Shown here: positions 1 to 9,345 of the stretch, in pieces
Position numbering within the stretch: position 1 is the first letter of the stretch
How the letters are laid out: the number at the start of each line of letters is the position of its first letter
DNA from: an uncultured candidatus Porisulfidus sp.
Lineage (GTDB): Bacteria; Pseudomonadota; Gammaproteobacteria; Poriferisulfidales; Poriferisulfidaceae
Direction: 5' to 3'
Assembly (NCBI GenBank): GCA_965214545.1
Contig: OZ243950.1
Coordinates: 1,478,440 to 1,542,439, forward strand
DNA length: 64,000 bases
Program-made: the position numbers and the translations under genes
Notes under the pieces: model-generated
What the model saw: only the letters and a program-made list of their open reading frames with translations
Told to the model about the DNA's origin: nothing
The model's database searches: none

Positions 1-1304
1 TCGCTGATGAACAGGATGACGTGGTCGTCGGGGTGGATTGTGGTGAGCGTGTTCGGCAGGATCATTTCGCCCTTGCGGACCAGTGCGGCGATGTCGACAC
101 TCGCGGGCAGCTTGAGTCGGCCGATCGGCTGTCCAATCGCCGCGGCCGTGGGGTGGGCCTTGGCTTCCAGCGCTTCGGCGCGCCCGCGCCGCAACGAATG
201 CACGGCCAGGACGTCGCCGCGGCGAATGTGCGTCAACAGTTCGCTCAGCGTGGCCTGCTGGGGGGATACCGCGATGTCGATGGAACGCTCGATCAGGTCG
301 ATGTAGGCCGGGCGGTTGATCAGGGCGATCGTGGTGGAGACCCCGATGCGCTTGGCCTGCATGGCCGACAGGATGTTGGCCTCCTCGTTGTTGGTCACCG
401 CGCAGAACACGTCCATGTCCCGGATGTTCTCGTCGAGCAGCAGCTTGTCGTCGGTCGCGTCGCCCTGGAGCACGGTCGCCCGGGCCAGCTGCTCCGACAG
501 GTAGCGGGCGCGGTACTCGCTGTGCTCGATGATCTTGACGTGGCAGTCCGATTCCAGTTGCGCCGCAATGCCGTGGCCGACATTTCCCCCGCCCGCGATC
601 ATGATGTGGCGGCTCCGGCCGGGCTGGGCCCTCAGTTTTTCCACGACCGTGTTGAACTGGTCCGTGCGCGTGAGCACGACGATCTCGTCATGCGCCTTGA
701 GGCGCAGCTCGGGCTCCGGCTTCAGGACCTGCTGGTCGCGGTAGACCGCGGCGACATGCAACTGGACGTCGGGGACGCTGTGTTGCAGGTCGAGCAGGTT
801 CCGGCCGGCCGCCGGGGCGCCGGGCGAGATGCGCACCACGGCGAGTTGCGCCAGGCCGTCCGCGAACTCCAGCACCTGCAAGGCGCCGGGACGGCGAATC
901 AGCCGCTCGATGTTGCGGGCGGCAATTTGCTCCGGGCTGATCAGGACATCGATCGGCAGGGCCTCCGTCATAAACAGGTTGCCCTGCGTCAGGTATTCCG
1001 CGGCCCGCACCCGGGCGATCCGCTGCGGCGTGTTGAACAGGCTGTAGGCCACCTGGCAGGCGATCATGTTGACTTCGTCGCTCCGGGTCAGCGCCACCAG
1101 CATGTCGGCATCTTCGGCGCCGGCCTGCTGCAGGATGTTGGGGTGTGCGCCGTTGCCGCACAGGGTGCGCAGGTCGACGCGGTTGCCGATGGTCCTCAGG
1201 CTCTGCTCTTCCAGGTCGACCAGCGTGATCTCGTTGTTTTCCTGCGCCAGCCCGATGGCCAGCGAACTGCCGATCCGGCCCGCTCCGAGGATGATGATCT
1301 TCAT
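1..1304 (-). CDS. trkA: Trk K+ uptake NAD-binding protein TrkA; gene continues past window start (C-terminal part missing)
   Basis: Reverse-strand translation from ATG (cat ~1302-1304) reads MKIIILGAGRIGSSLA (Rossmann GxGxxG). The frame stays open to position 1 (...ALVRKGEMILPNTLTTIHPDDHVILFIS). It is absent from the ORF track because it runs off the window edge. Confidence 0.8.
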   Translation of the reverse strand, partial: MKIIILGAGRIGSSLAIGLAQENNEITLVDLEEQSLRTIGNRVDLRTLCGNGAHPNILQQAGAEDADMLVALTRSDEVNMIACQVAYSLFNTPQRIARVRAAEYLTQGNLFMTEALPIDVLISPEQIAARNIERLIRRPGALQVLEFADGLAQLAVVRISPGAPAAGRNLLDLQHSVPDVQLHVAAVYRDQQVLKPEPELRLKAHDEIVVLTRTDQFNTVVEKLRAQPGRSRHIMIAGGGNVGHGIAAQLESDCHVKIIEHSEYRARYLSEQLARATVLQGDATDDKLLLDENIRDMDVFCAVTNNEEANILSAMQAKRIGVSTTIALINRPAYIDLIERSIDIAVSPQQATLSELLTHIRRGDVLAVHSLRRGRAEALEAKAHPTAAAIGQPIGRLKLPASVDIAALVRKGEMILPNTLTTIHPDDHVILFIS

Positions 1305-1329
1305 GGGTCAGGGAAAATCCGGGAGGCGC

Positions 1330-2679
1330 TCAGGAGGAGGAGTCCTGCGGGCGTTCGATGCCCAGGTCGCGCAGCTTCCGGTACAGGTAGGTCCGCTCCA
1401 TGTGGGTGCTGTCGGACAGCTGCTTCATGCTGCCCCCGCTCTGCTCGATCTGGAACTGGTAGTACATCTGCTCGAACCGGGTGCGGGCCTCCCGGTAGGG
1501 CAAGGCCATCAGGTGCTCCAAGCCCCCGGGGGGAGAATCGGCCTGTTCTACCGGGTAGAGCAGGTGATTGATTTCCGCCAGCCCGACCACATCGCCGTCC
1601 CCACCGATCAGCAGCTGGTAGACCAGGCGGCGCAACTCGTTTACGTTGTCCGGCCAGTCGTATTTCCGCAGTGCTTCCATCACATTGGACGGGAATCGGC
1701 GCATCGGCAGGTTTTCGCGCGTGCAGTAGCGGGCGGCATAGTGCTCGACCAGTTCCGGGATATCCTGGGCCCGGTCGCGCAAAGGCGGGAGATGCAAGGT
1801 GTAGGGGGCCAGCTGGGCATACAGCGAGGGTTCCAGGATATTCGAGGCCAGCGCGGCCTCGGGCCTCTGGTGCAGGGTGGCGATGAGCTGCACGTCGATC
1901 GGCGTGGCGGTCCCGTTCGCCTGCAGGAGGTGGTGATTTTCAAGCACCGACAGCAAGCGCTTCTGCGTTTTGCGGGTCAACTGGTCCAGGGGGTTCATGA
2001 ACAGCGTGCCCCCGTGCGCTTCGAGCAGCAGGCAGGCGTCGTTGCCGGTGGTCTCTTCCAGCAGGCGCTGGTTCAGGTTCTGGCCGCTGCCGATCACCAG
2101 CTGCCAGTGGTGGCGGGTGCCGTTGTAATGGATGTGGTTGGCGAGCGCCAGGAACTCGCAGCCCGGTTCGCCGAGGATCAGGACCGGGTTGCCGTCATCG
2201 CCGAACGCCTGCGCCTGTTCCCGAAGCCGGCGGATTTCCGGGCTGTCGCCGACCAGTTGCTCGGTGGCGGCGGCGTCCTGGGACAGAGCCCGGTTTTGCT
2301 GGCGCAGGCGGTAGGTTTCCAAGGCCCGCGACACGCTCAGCAGCAGCTTGTCCATCGCGAACGGCTTCTCCAGGTAGTGCCAGGCCCCGAGCCGGGTAGC
2401 CTCCAGCGCGGTCTCGATGTTGCCGTGCCCGGACATCATCAGGATGGGGAATTCCGGGCTGTCGTCGTGGCGCCACGAGCGCAGCAGGCTCATCCCGTCT
2501 TCGCCCGGCATCCAGATGTCCAGCAGGGCCAGGTCGACGGCTTGCTGGCGCACGAGCTTTCGGGCGGCCGACGCAGAATCGGCCTGCAGGACCCGGTACC
2601 CCTGGTCGGACAGGATATCCCGGATCTGGGCCCGGATGTCGGACTCGTCGTCGATGATCAGGATGGTTTCACGACTCAT
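1330..2679 (-). CDS. ntrX: Sigma-54-dependent response regulator (NtrX/NtrC family): REC + AAA+ sigma54-interaction domain + Fis-type HTH
   Basis: Internal start MSRETILIIDDE gives a REC domain. GEPGCEF Walker-like and GAFTGA-region homology are present, and a C-terminal HTH. The ATG overlaps the ntrY stop as ATGA. Confidence 0.8.
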   Translation of the reverse strand: MSRETILIIDDESDIRAQIRDILSDQGYRVLQADSASAARKLVRQQAVDLALLDIWMPGEDGMSLLRSWRHDDSPEFPILMMSGHGNIETALEATRLGAWHYLEKPFAMDKLLLSVSRALETYRLRQQNRALSQDAAATEQLVGDSPEIRRLREQAQAFGDDGNPVLILGEPGCEFLALANHIHYNGTRHHWQLVIGSGQNLNQRLLEETTGNDACLLLEAHGGTLFMNPLDQLTRKTQKRLLSVLENHHLLQANGTATPIDVQLIATLHQRPEAALASNILEPSLYAQLAPYTLHLPPLRDRAQDIPELVEHYAARYCTRENLPMRRFPSNVMEALRKYDWPDNVNELRRLVYQLLIGGDGDVVGLAEINHLLYPVEQADSPPGGLEHLMALPYREARTRFEQMYYQFQIEQSGGSMKQLSDSTHMERTYLYRKLRDLGIERPQDSSS

Positions 2680-4943
2680 GCCACGGCTGCCGGATTCTGA
2701 ACCTCTTGCGGAGGCTGCGGGGATGCATTGAACTCGATGGAGACGCATCCGCCTCCCATGGGGTCATTGTATACGCGAATCCGCCCCTGGTGATCTTCCG
2801 TGATCTGATAGACCACAGCCAGCCCGAGCCCGTTCCCGTTGGGCTTGGTGGTGACATACGGCTCGAATGCCCGGGCGATGATCTCCGGGGCGAAGCCCGG
2901 CCCCGCATCCCGCACTTCCAGGGCCACCGTGTGCCCCTGTATCCCGGTGCTCAGGATGACGGCGCCTTCGTCCTGTCCCTCTTGCGCTTCCAGCGCATTC
3001 TTGATGAGGTTGTGAAGCAGTTGGCGCATGCGTCCCGGATCGCCCTGGATCCAGGCCGGCGTGTCGCTCAGCTCAGTGCGAATGGAAATTTCCGATCGGT
3101 CGGTCTTGTACAGGTCGAGCAGCTCCGTGCTCAAGGCATTCAGGTCCAGCAGTTCCGGCGTGAAGCGGTCGGACGAATATTCGCTGAATTCGTCGATCAT
3201 GGTTTTCATGGATTCCACCTGCCGCACGATGGTCTGCGTGGCGCGCTGCAGGATCTCGGCATCTTCCTCGGCGAGGCTCGGCTGGATGCGGTGCTGCATG
3301 CGCTCCGCCGACAGGCGGATCGGCGTCAGCGGGTTCTTGATCTCATGGGCCAGCCGCCGAGCCACTTCGCCCCAGGCGGCCTGGCGCTGCGCTTGCTGCA
3401 GATCCGTAATGTCCTCGAACACCACGACACAACCGGCGCCTTTCGGCAACTGCGCGCCATGGCAGTGGAGCGCCTTCAGTTCGTTGTTGATCTGGAATTG
3501 CTGGCGGAGATCGGTCACGCTGTGTTGCTGGTGATCCATCAGGTCCCACAAGGGTTCCAGTTGGGGGTGTTCCTGGCGCAGGACGGAAATCGGCTGCTGG
3601 ACGTAGCGCTCGATGTCCAGGTCCAGGATGGAGCTGGCGGCGTGGTTGGCGGTGATCACCTGGTTGCGGTCGTCGACGCTGATGACCCCGGAGGACAAGT
3701 GTTCCAGGACCGTGTGCAGGTAGGTGTGCTGCTGCTTGATGGTCAGGCGGTGGGTCTCTGCCACGTATCGGGCATCGGCCAGGCGCTCGATCATGTCATT
3801 GTAGGAACGCACGAGTTGCCCCAGTTCATCGCGCCGCCCGATCGGCAGGCGCTGGCTGTATTCCCCGTCCGCCACGGCTTCGAGGCCCCGGGCCAGTTCC
3901 GAGATCGGCGACAGGATCCGCTGGGCCGAATACAGGGCGGCCCAGATCGCGAACAGGAGCCCGAGCAGGACCGCCAGGGCCATCACGAACGTGAGGTTGT
4001 ATTTAAGGGGACGGCGAAGTTCCAGCAGGAGCTGGTAGGTGACCGAGGCCTTCTCGACGCTATCGGTCAGGCCCAGCATGTACTCGGACACCGGGTACAG
4101 GATCTGCAGGGTCAGGGACATCTCCCGGGTGGTCAGGGGCATCTCCCGGTCCAGGGTCAGCGGCAATTCCTGGTTTAGGGCCAGTGGCAGTTCCGGGTCG
4201 GTCAGGGCCAACTCCCGCTGAAACGCCGGCACCTGCATCAGGATGCGGACGATGGTGCCGTGCTCCGGGTGCTCTTCCTGGGCCATGTAGAAGCCGCCCC
4301 CCTCGTTTTCCTGCAGCAGCTGGAGCTGGGCTTCGCCGGGCAGGTCCGGCAGGATGTCCGGCACCTCTCCCTGGGAGGCGATGATCTTGTTGCTGGAGTC
4401 CAGCAAGGTCGCTTCCAGTGCGCCCGTCTGGATCATCAGGTTATGCATGCGCACGACCATGGATTCGGGGTCGCCGACATCAATGGGGTCCTGCAACAGG
4501 CGCTCCACCTGCGAGCGTCGCTCCCGCATTTGCATGTCGACCGAGGTCCGGCTCAGTTCCATCGCCTTGCCCAGGGTGTCGTCGACTCCCACGTCGAACC
4601 AGCTGTCGATGCCGCTGGAGATCAGCCATACCGAGAATACGAATACCATGGCGGTCGGGACCAGCGTGAGGCTGGCGAACATGCCCGTCATGCGCAGCGA
4701 CAAGCGCGACCCGGCCTCGCGGCGGCGCAATCTCCGGACCAGGTGGGAGAGGCTGAGGCCGATTAACCCCAGCAAGGCCAAGGCCAGCAGGCCGTTGAAA
4801 CTGGCCGCCCACCACTGCCAGCGGTGGAAATGTCCGGAACTCTGCGTGGCCTCGGCCATGATGGCCAGCGAAGCCGCCAGCAGGAGGAACAGGCCGATGA
4901 CCGGCCAGGGGCCGGCCAGGAAACGTCTCAGGGCAGGAGCCAT
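2676..4943 (-). CDS. ntrY: Sensor histidine kinase NtrY-like (N-terminal TM, HAMP, PAS, HisKA, HATPase)
   Basis: 755 aa with hydrophobic N-terminal helices. H-box RLAHEIKNPLTPIRLSAERM is typical of NtrY. C-terminal HATPase_c G-boxes (GLGLAVV). Located directly upstream of ntrX. Confidence 0.8.
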   Translation of the reverse strand: MAPALRRFLAGPWPVIGLFLLLAASLAIMAEATQSSGHFHRWQWWAASFNGLLALALLGLIGLSLSHLVRRLRRREAGSRLSLRMTGMFASLTLVPTAMVFVFSVWLISSGIDSWFDVGVDDTLGKAMELSRTSVDMQMRERRSQVERLLQDPIDVGDPESMVVRMHNLMIQTGALEATLLDSSNKIIASQGEVPDILPDLPGEAQLQLLQENEGGGFYMAQEEHPEHGTIVRILMQVPAFQRELALTDPELPLALNQELPLTLDREMPLTTREMSLTLQILYPVSEYMLGLTDSVEKASVTYQLLLELRRPLKYNLTFVMALAVLLGLLFAIWAALYSAQRILSPISELARGLEAVADGEYSQRLPIGRRDELGQLVRSYNDMIERLADARYVAETHRLTIKQQHTYLHTVLEHLSSGVISVDDRNQVITANHAASSILDLDIERYVQQPISVLRQEHPQLEPLWDLMDHQQHSVTDLRQQFQINNELKALHCHGAQLPKGAGCVVVFEDITDLQQAQRQAAWGEVARRLAHEIKNPLTPIRLSAERMQHRIQPSLAEEDAEILQRATQTIVRQVESMKTMIDEFSEYSSDRFTPELLDLNALSTELLDLYKTDRSEISIRTELSDTPAWIQGDPGRMRQLLHNLIKNALEAQEGQDEGAVILSTGIQGHTVALEVRDAGPGFAPEIIARAFEPYVTTKPNGNGLGLAVVYQITEDHQGRIRVYNDPMGGGCVSIEFNASPQPPQEVQNPAAVA

Positions 4944-5479
4944 GGAACCGTTCCGCTGTGCCAGTCCAGGGGCTCGCTTCGCGCCGGCCCGACCGAAGGC
5001 GCCATCGGCATCGGGTTGGCGTACAGGCGCGCGCGCGCTTCGCCCCGGTACTGCTCAAGCTCCGGCAGCAGCCAGTCGAGGCGCGTGACCGGGATGGCGT
5101 CCAGTACCCGCAGCCGGGCCAGGGCATCCGCCAGACTGGGGAAGGCCTGCTGCTCTTGCTGGTTGACGCGGGTGACCTGGTAGACGTTGTGCAGGGGGTC
5201 GTAGGCGAGGCGTTGCAGGAGGTGCAGGCGGCCGACCGGCTGATCGCCGAACAGGTGGCGTTCCCGCATCAGGGTGATGTCGACCGCCAGCCAGACCTCG
5301 CCGCGCAACAGCGCGCGCGGGATTTCGGAATCGGCATCGTCGATGTCCAGTTTCAGGTCGAGCAGCACGGTCTGTGCGGCCGGGCGGCTCTGGACGGAAG
5401 CCAGGCTCAGCTCCGCCTGCGCGGGGCCGAGGCACAGCAGCGCGCCGAAGAGTGGCAGCGAAAGCCAGGGTGCGCGCAT
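4928..5479 (-). CDS. DUF4390-family secreted protein (conserved partner upstream of ntrY)
   Basis: 183 aa with signal peptide MRAPWLSLPLFGALLCLGPAQA. Synteny fmt-(rsmB)-DUF4390-ntrY-ntrX-trkA is conserved in gammaproteobacteria. Confidence 0.6.
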   Translation of the reverse strand: MRAPWLSLPLFGALLCLGPAQAELSLASVQSRPAAQTVLLDLKLDIDDADSEIPRALLRGEVWLAVDITLMRERHLFGDQPVGRLHLLQRLAYDPLHNVYQVTRVNQQEQQAFPSLADALARLRVLDAIPVTRLDWLLPELEQYRGEARARLYANPMPMAPSVGPARSEPLDWHSGTVPWLLP

Positions 5480-5529
5480 AAGGGGATTCGTCGAGATCCA
5501 GGTTTCAGTAGTTTAACCGCGGGATTCCG

Positions 5530-6465
5530 TCATGCAAGTTGCACGCCGGCCAAGGGGCGGGCGTTGCAGAAATCCTGCGCGGACATTCGCCGGCCGCCGG
5601 CCCGTTGCAGTTCGGTGACCTGCACCTGTCCGTCGCCACAGGCCACCCACAGGCCGCTGCGGTCGCAATGCAGCACCGTGCCGGGCGGTTCGGCCGTTTC
5701 ACGGGCATGCGCCCGGGCCTGCCACAGGCGAAGGATGTCGCCGCCGTAGCGGGTGGTGGCGACCGGGCGGGGGTTGAAGGCGCGGATCTTGGCGGCGATC
5801 CGCCCGGCCTCATCGTGCCAGGCGACGGCGGCTTCGTCCTTGCGCAGCATCGGCGCGCAGCAGGCCTGCGCCTCGTCCTGCGGCCGTCGTGACGGGTGTT
5901 TCGGATCGAAATCGGACAGGTACCGCAACAGCAGGTCGGCGCCCAGCGGGGCCAGACGGTCCTGGGCCGAGGCCGCAGTCTCATCGGCTGCGAAAGCGAG
6001 GGATTCCTGGTCCAGGATGTCGCCGGTATCCAGACCCGCATCCATCAGCATGAGGGTACAGCCGCCGGTCCGGTCGCCGGCTTCGATGGCGCGCGCCATC
6101 GGGGCGGCGCCGCGCCAGCGCGGCAACAGCGACGCATGGATGTTGAGGCTGCCGCCCGGGCACAGCCCGAGCCAGGACTCGGGGATCAATCGCCCGAAAT
6201 CCGCCACCACCAGGGCATCGGCCTGGTGCGCAGCTAGTTCGCCGCGTACCGAAGCGTCCAGCGTGTCGGGGCGCAACAGCGGCAGCTGCCCGGCCAAGGC
6301 GATGTCCGCGACGGCCGTGGGGCGCAACTTCAGGCGCCGGCCGGCCGGGCGGTCCGGTTGCGACAGGACCGCGCACAGGGCGTGGTCGCTGGCTTGCAGA
6401 CGTTCGAGTACGACGGCGGCGAACGATCCGCTGCCGGCGAAAATCAGCCGCAGGGCCCCTGCGGC
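5530..6465 (-). CDS. fmt: Methionyl-tRNA formyltransferase; start codon uncertain
   Basis: LRLIFAGSGSFAAVVLERL... HASLLPRWRGAAPMARAIEAGD ... C-terminal domain matches Fmt throughout. No ATG/GTG/TTG in frame between the def stop (~6473) and the LRLIF motif. Confidence 0.8.
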   Translation of the reverse strand, partial: AAGALRLIFAGSGSFAAVVLERLQASDHALCAVLSQPDRPAGRRLKLRPTAVADIALAGQLPLLRPDTLDASVRGELAAHQADALVVADFGRLIPESWLGLCPGGSLNIHASLLPRWRGAAPMARAIEAGDRTGGCTLMLMDAGLDTGDILDQESLAFAADETAASAQDRLAPLGADLLLRYLSDFDPKHPSRRPQDEAQACCAPMLRKDEAAVAWHDEAGRIAAKIRAFNPRPVATTRYGGDILRLWQARAHARETAEPPGTVLHCDRSGLWVACGDGQVQVTELQRAGGRRMSAQDFCNARPLAGVQLA

Positions 6466-6472
6466 GGAGGAA

Positions 6473-7018
6473 TTAGGCGTGAACGTAGGACTCTGGGCGC
6501 CGGGTCCGTCTCGGGACCTGCCCGGCGCGCGCCATTTTGCGCAGTTTTTCGGCGACGCGTTCCCGCTTGAGCGGCGAAAGATAATCGACGAACAGTGTTC
6601 CGTTGAGGTGGTCGATTTCGTGCTGGATGCACACGGCCAGCAGGCCGTCGGTCTCAATCTCGAAGGCTTCGCCGTGCTCGTTCAGGGCACGGCAGCGGAT
6701 TCTCTCGGCGCGTTGCACCGGGGCCCGGAATTCCGGGACCGACAGGCAGCCTTCTTCCATCTCTTCCGTGCCTCCGGCTTCGACAATTTCCGGGTTGATC
6801 AGGCACATCGGTTCGCTGCCGTCCTCGCTGAGGTCGATCACCACGATGCGCTGGGGGATGTTGACCTGCACGGCGGCCAAGCCGATCCCGAATTCGTCGT
6901 ACATGGTCTCCAGCATGTCGGAGACGATGCGCCGGGTCTCGTCGGTGACTTCGGCAACCGGCTTCGCCACCGTGCGCAGGCGCGGATCCGGGAAATGGAG
7001 GACTTCAAGTTGTGCCAT
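6473..7018 (-). CDS. def: Peptide deformylase
   Basis: [21 protein letters not shown]... GLAAVQV ... EGCLSVP ... QHEIDHLNG are the three conserved Def motifs. Start is the internal Met of ORF 6473..7045. Confidence 0.85.
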   Translation of the reverse strand: MAQLEVLHFPDPRLRTVAKPVAEVTDETRRIVSDMLETMYDEFGIGLAAVQVNIPQRIVVIDLSEDGSEPMCLINPEIVEAGGTEEMEEGCLSVPEFRAPVQRAERIRCRALNEHGEAFEIETDGLLAVCIQHEIDHLNGTLFVDYLSPLKRERVAEKLRKMARAGQVPRRTRRPESYVHA

Positions 7019-7125
7019 GGTTTCTTCTGGTGCGATCCTGTTCAATAATTATAGGGGATTTGCTCTGTGTGTGTCGCCTGGCAGTCTGGCTCCGCTTCAT
7101 GTTCATGTGTCATTGGAAGAGACTT

Positions 7126-7141
7126 ACGATTTTCGTGTTTT
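7126..7141 (+). promoter_or_regulatory. Direct repeat TTTTCGTG/TTTTCGTA next to a TACAAT -10-like box, immediately upstream of the RHH gene start
   Basis: cgaTTTTCGTGTTTTCGTACAATcgtgctcATG. The -10-like hexamer ends ~9 nt before the ATG, so the mRNA may be leaderless. Confidence 0.3.
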
Positions 7142-7157
7142 CGTACAATCGTGCTCA

Positions 7158-7369
7158 TGAAGAAGATCGCCGTAGCCCTGCCGGAAGATGTTGCCCGCTG
7201 GCTGAGGGTGCGGGCTGCCGAGAGCGACCGCAGCGTCTCAAAATGGCTCGCAGGCTTGCTGGAAGGAATGAAACGTCAGGAAGACGAATACGACACGGCC
7301 ATGAGGGATCTTCTAGCCAGGAAACCTCGAAAGTTGAAATGGGTGGATGGTCGGAAACCGACGCGGTAA
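7158..7369 (+). CDS. Ribbon-helix-helix (CopG/Arc/MetJ-like) DNA-binding protein, antitoxin-like, with no adjacent toxin
   Basis: MKKIAVALPEDVARWLRVRAAESDRSVSKWLAGLLE has the beta-strand then two helices of an RHH. ~70 aa. The downstream region overlaps the 3' end of ctaB on the opposite strand and no toxin ORF is evident. Confidence 0.55.
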
Positions 7370-7457
7370 GAACTGCATGATCGAGCGGGTTTGCGTAATC
7401 CAGTGTGATTTGCATAGGAGGCTTCAGCCTCCCCGAAATGCCGGTTTTGGCTCGCCG

Positions 7458-8342
7458 TTAAAACATCTGGAACAACCCCAGATATCGATCCAGAAGCAGC
7501 AGCGTGAACAGCCCCATCAGGTAGATGATCGAGTAGGTGAAGGTCGGCATGGCGAGCCGGTTGCTGGCTTCTTTCTGCATCCGGATCGCGTAGGCCAGAA
7601 AAATCCCGTTCAGTACCAGGGCGCCGGCCAGGTAGACCCGGCCGGACAACTGGATGACGAATGGCAGCATGCTCGTGGCTGCCAGCAACACCGTGTACAG
7701 CGTAATCTGCAACCGGGTGTAGCGGTCTCCGTGCGTCACCGGCAGCATCGGGATATCGGCCTTCGCGTAGTCTTCCTTGCGGTGCAGGGCCAAGGCCCAG
7801 AAATGCGGCGGCGTCCACACGAAAATGATTAAAAACAGGGCCAGGGCTCCCGCCTCGACCTGGCCGGTGACCGTGGCCCAGCCGAGCAGGGGCGGCGTGG
7901 CGCCGGCCGCCCCGCCGATGACGATGTTCTGGGGCGTCGCGCGCTTGAGGTAGAGGGTGTAGACCAGCGCGTACCCGATCAGGGACCCCAGGGTCAGCCA
8001 GGCTGTCAAGGCGTTGACCCGGACAAACAGCAGGACAAACCCGCCCGCCCCCAGCAAGGCCGCGAATCCGAGCACCTGAGGCGTGCGCAGGGCGCCGCGC
8101 GGCAGGGGTCGCGCCTGCGTGCGGTCCATCTGGGCATCCACGTGCCGGTCGGCGATCTGGTTGATGGCCGCGGCTGCCCCCGCCATGAGGGTGATGCCGG
8201 CCGCACCGGCCAGCATGGTCATCGGCAGGTGCATCAGGGGGTCGGCCAGGACCATGCCGATCAGCGCGGTGAACGTCATCAGCGCGACCACGCGCGGCTT
8301 GGTTACCTCCCAGTAATCGCGCCAGGAGGAGGTCTGGCTCAC
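7458..8342 (-). CDS. ctaB: Protoheme IX farnesyltransferase (heme O synthase)
   Basis: WRDYWEVTKPRVV..., multiple TM segments, UbiA-family motifs. The GTG start overlaps the ctaA TGA stop (GTGA). Confidence 0.85.
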   Translation of the reverse strand: MSQTSSWRDYWEVTKPRVVALMTFTALIGMVLADPLMHLPMTMLAGAAGITLMAGAAAAINQIADRHVDAQMDRTQARPLPRGALRTPQVLGFAALLGAGGFVLLFVRVNALTAWLTLGSLIGYALVYTLYLKRATPQNIVIGGAAGATPPLLGWATVTGQVEAGALALFLIIFVWTPPHFWALALHRKEDYAKADIPMLPVTHGDRYTRLQITLYTVLLAATSMLPFVIQLSGRVYLAGALVLNGIFLAYAIRMQKEASNRLAMPTFTYSIIYLMGLFTLLLLDRYLGLFQMF

Positions 8343-9340
8343 GGGCCGGCCCCGCGGTGGAACAGGAGCCGCCCCTGGGTGAGCAGGGCCAGCAGCAGGA
8401 TGGCCGCGAACGCATTGTGCGCGACGGCGACGGCCAGCGGGAGTTGCAGGACGACGTTGCCAACCCCGAGGGAGACCTGGACGGCCAGAAGCGCGATCAG
8501 AACCCAACCGCCGATGCGCCATGCGCCGAGCCGGCTGCGGATGTTAGCGATCGCCAAAGCCAGGATCAGGGCCGCCGCCACGACGGCACCGAGTCGGTGG
8601 GCCATATGGATGGCGGTGCGCGCCGGGCTGTCCAGGACCCCGTATTCGTAGTCGATGCCGAGCCCTCGCCACAGCACGAAAGCCTCGGAGAACGCCATGC
8701 CGGCGGGCCACCATTGTTCCCGGCAGGTGGGGAAGTCAGGGCAGGCCAGGGCGGCGTAGTTGGTGCTGGTCCATCCGCCCAGGGTGATCTGCACGAGCAG
8801 TCCGGCGAACGCGCCGGCGTACAGGCCGCGCAGGGGGCGCGAGGGTGTCTGGGCGGTCGGGCGGGGCCAGTCGTGCTCACGCAGCAGCAGCCACCAGGCC
8901 AGGCCCAGGGTGGCGAAGCCGCCCAGCAGGTGCAGGGTGACGATCAGGGGTTTCAGTTGCAGGGTGACCGTCCACATGCCGAGCAGGGCTTGCAGCACGA
9001 CCAACGCGAGCAGCGCCGTCGTGCCGCGGACCAGGGGCGCGCGGCCCAGCCGGGTCCGGCACAACCCGGCCAGGGCCAGGATCAGCAGGCCGAGCGCCCC
9101 GGCCAGGTAGCGGTGCAGCATTTCACGAAACGCCTTTCCGGCATCGTACGTCCCGCGCGGGTCCTGCGCCTCGGCCGCCGCGATCTCCTGCGCGGTTTCT
9201 GGCAGGGACGTCAAATGTCCGTAACAGCCCGGCCAGTCCGGGCAGCCGAGCCCGGCATCGGTCAGCCGCACGAAGGCGCCAATTACCACCACCAGGAAGG
9301 TCAGCGCCACGGTCAGCGACAGAAGGCGGCGGAACAGCAT
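8339..9340 (-). CDS. ctaA: Heme A synthase (COX15/CtaA)
   Basis: Internal start MLFRRLLSLTVALTFLVVVIGAFVRLTDAGLGCPDWPGCYGH. Eight TM helices with conserved His. The long ORF upstream of the Met is a GC artefact. Confidence 0.8.
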   Translation of the reverse strand: MLFRRLLSLTVALTFLVVVIGAFVRLTDAGLGCPDWPGCYGHLTSLPETAQEIAAAEAQDPRGTYDAGKAFREMLHRYLAGALGLLILALAGLCRTRLGRAPLVRGTTALLALVVLQALLGMWTVTLQLKPLIVTLHLLGGFATLGLAWWLLLREHDWPRPTAQTPSRPLRGLYAGAFAGLLVQITLGGWTSTNYAALACPDFPTCREQWWPAGMAFSEAFVLWRGLGIDYEYGVLDSPARTAIHMAHRLGAVVAAALILALAIANIRSRLGAWRIGGWVLIALLAVQVSLGVGNVVLQLPLAVAVAHNAFAAILLLALLTQGRLLFHRGAGP

Positions 9341-9345
9341 GGCCG

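Noticed and set aside
21-1571. 516-aa plus-strand ORF covering the trkA region, and similar long ORFs (688..1161-, 1066..2700+, 2706..4178+, 4958..5749+)
   Set aside because: Opposite-strand or alternate-frame shadows of real genes in ~67% GC DNA. Arg/Ala/Gly/Pro-rich low-complexity translations with no motifs. The real genes (trkA, ntrX, ntrY) account for the region.
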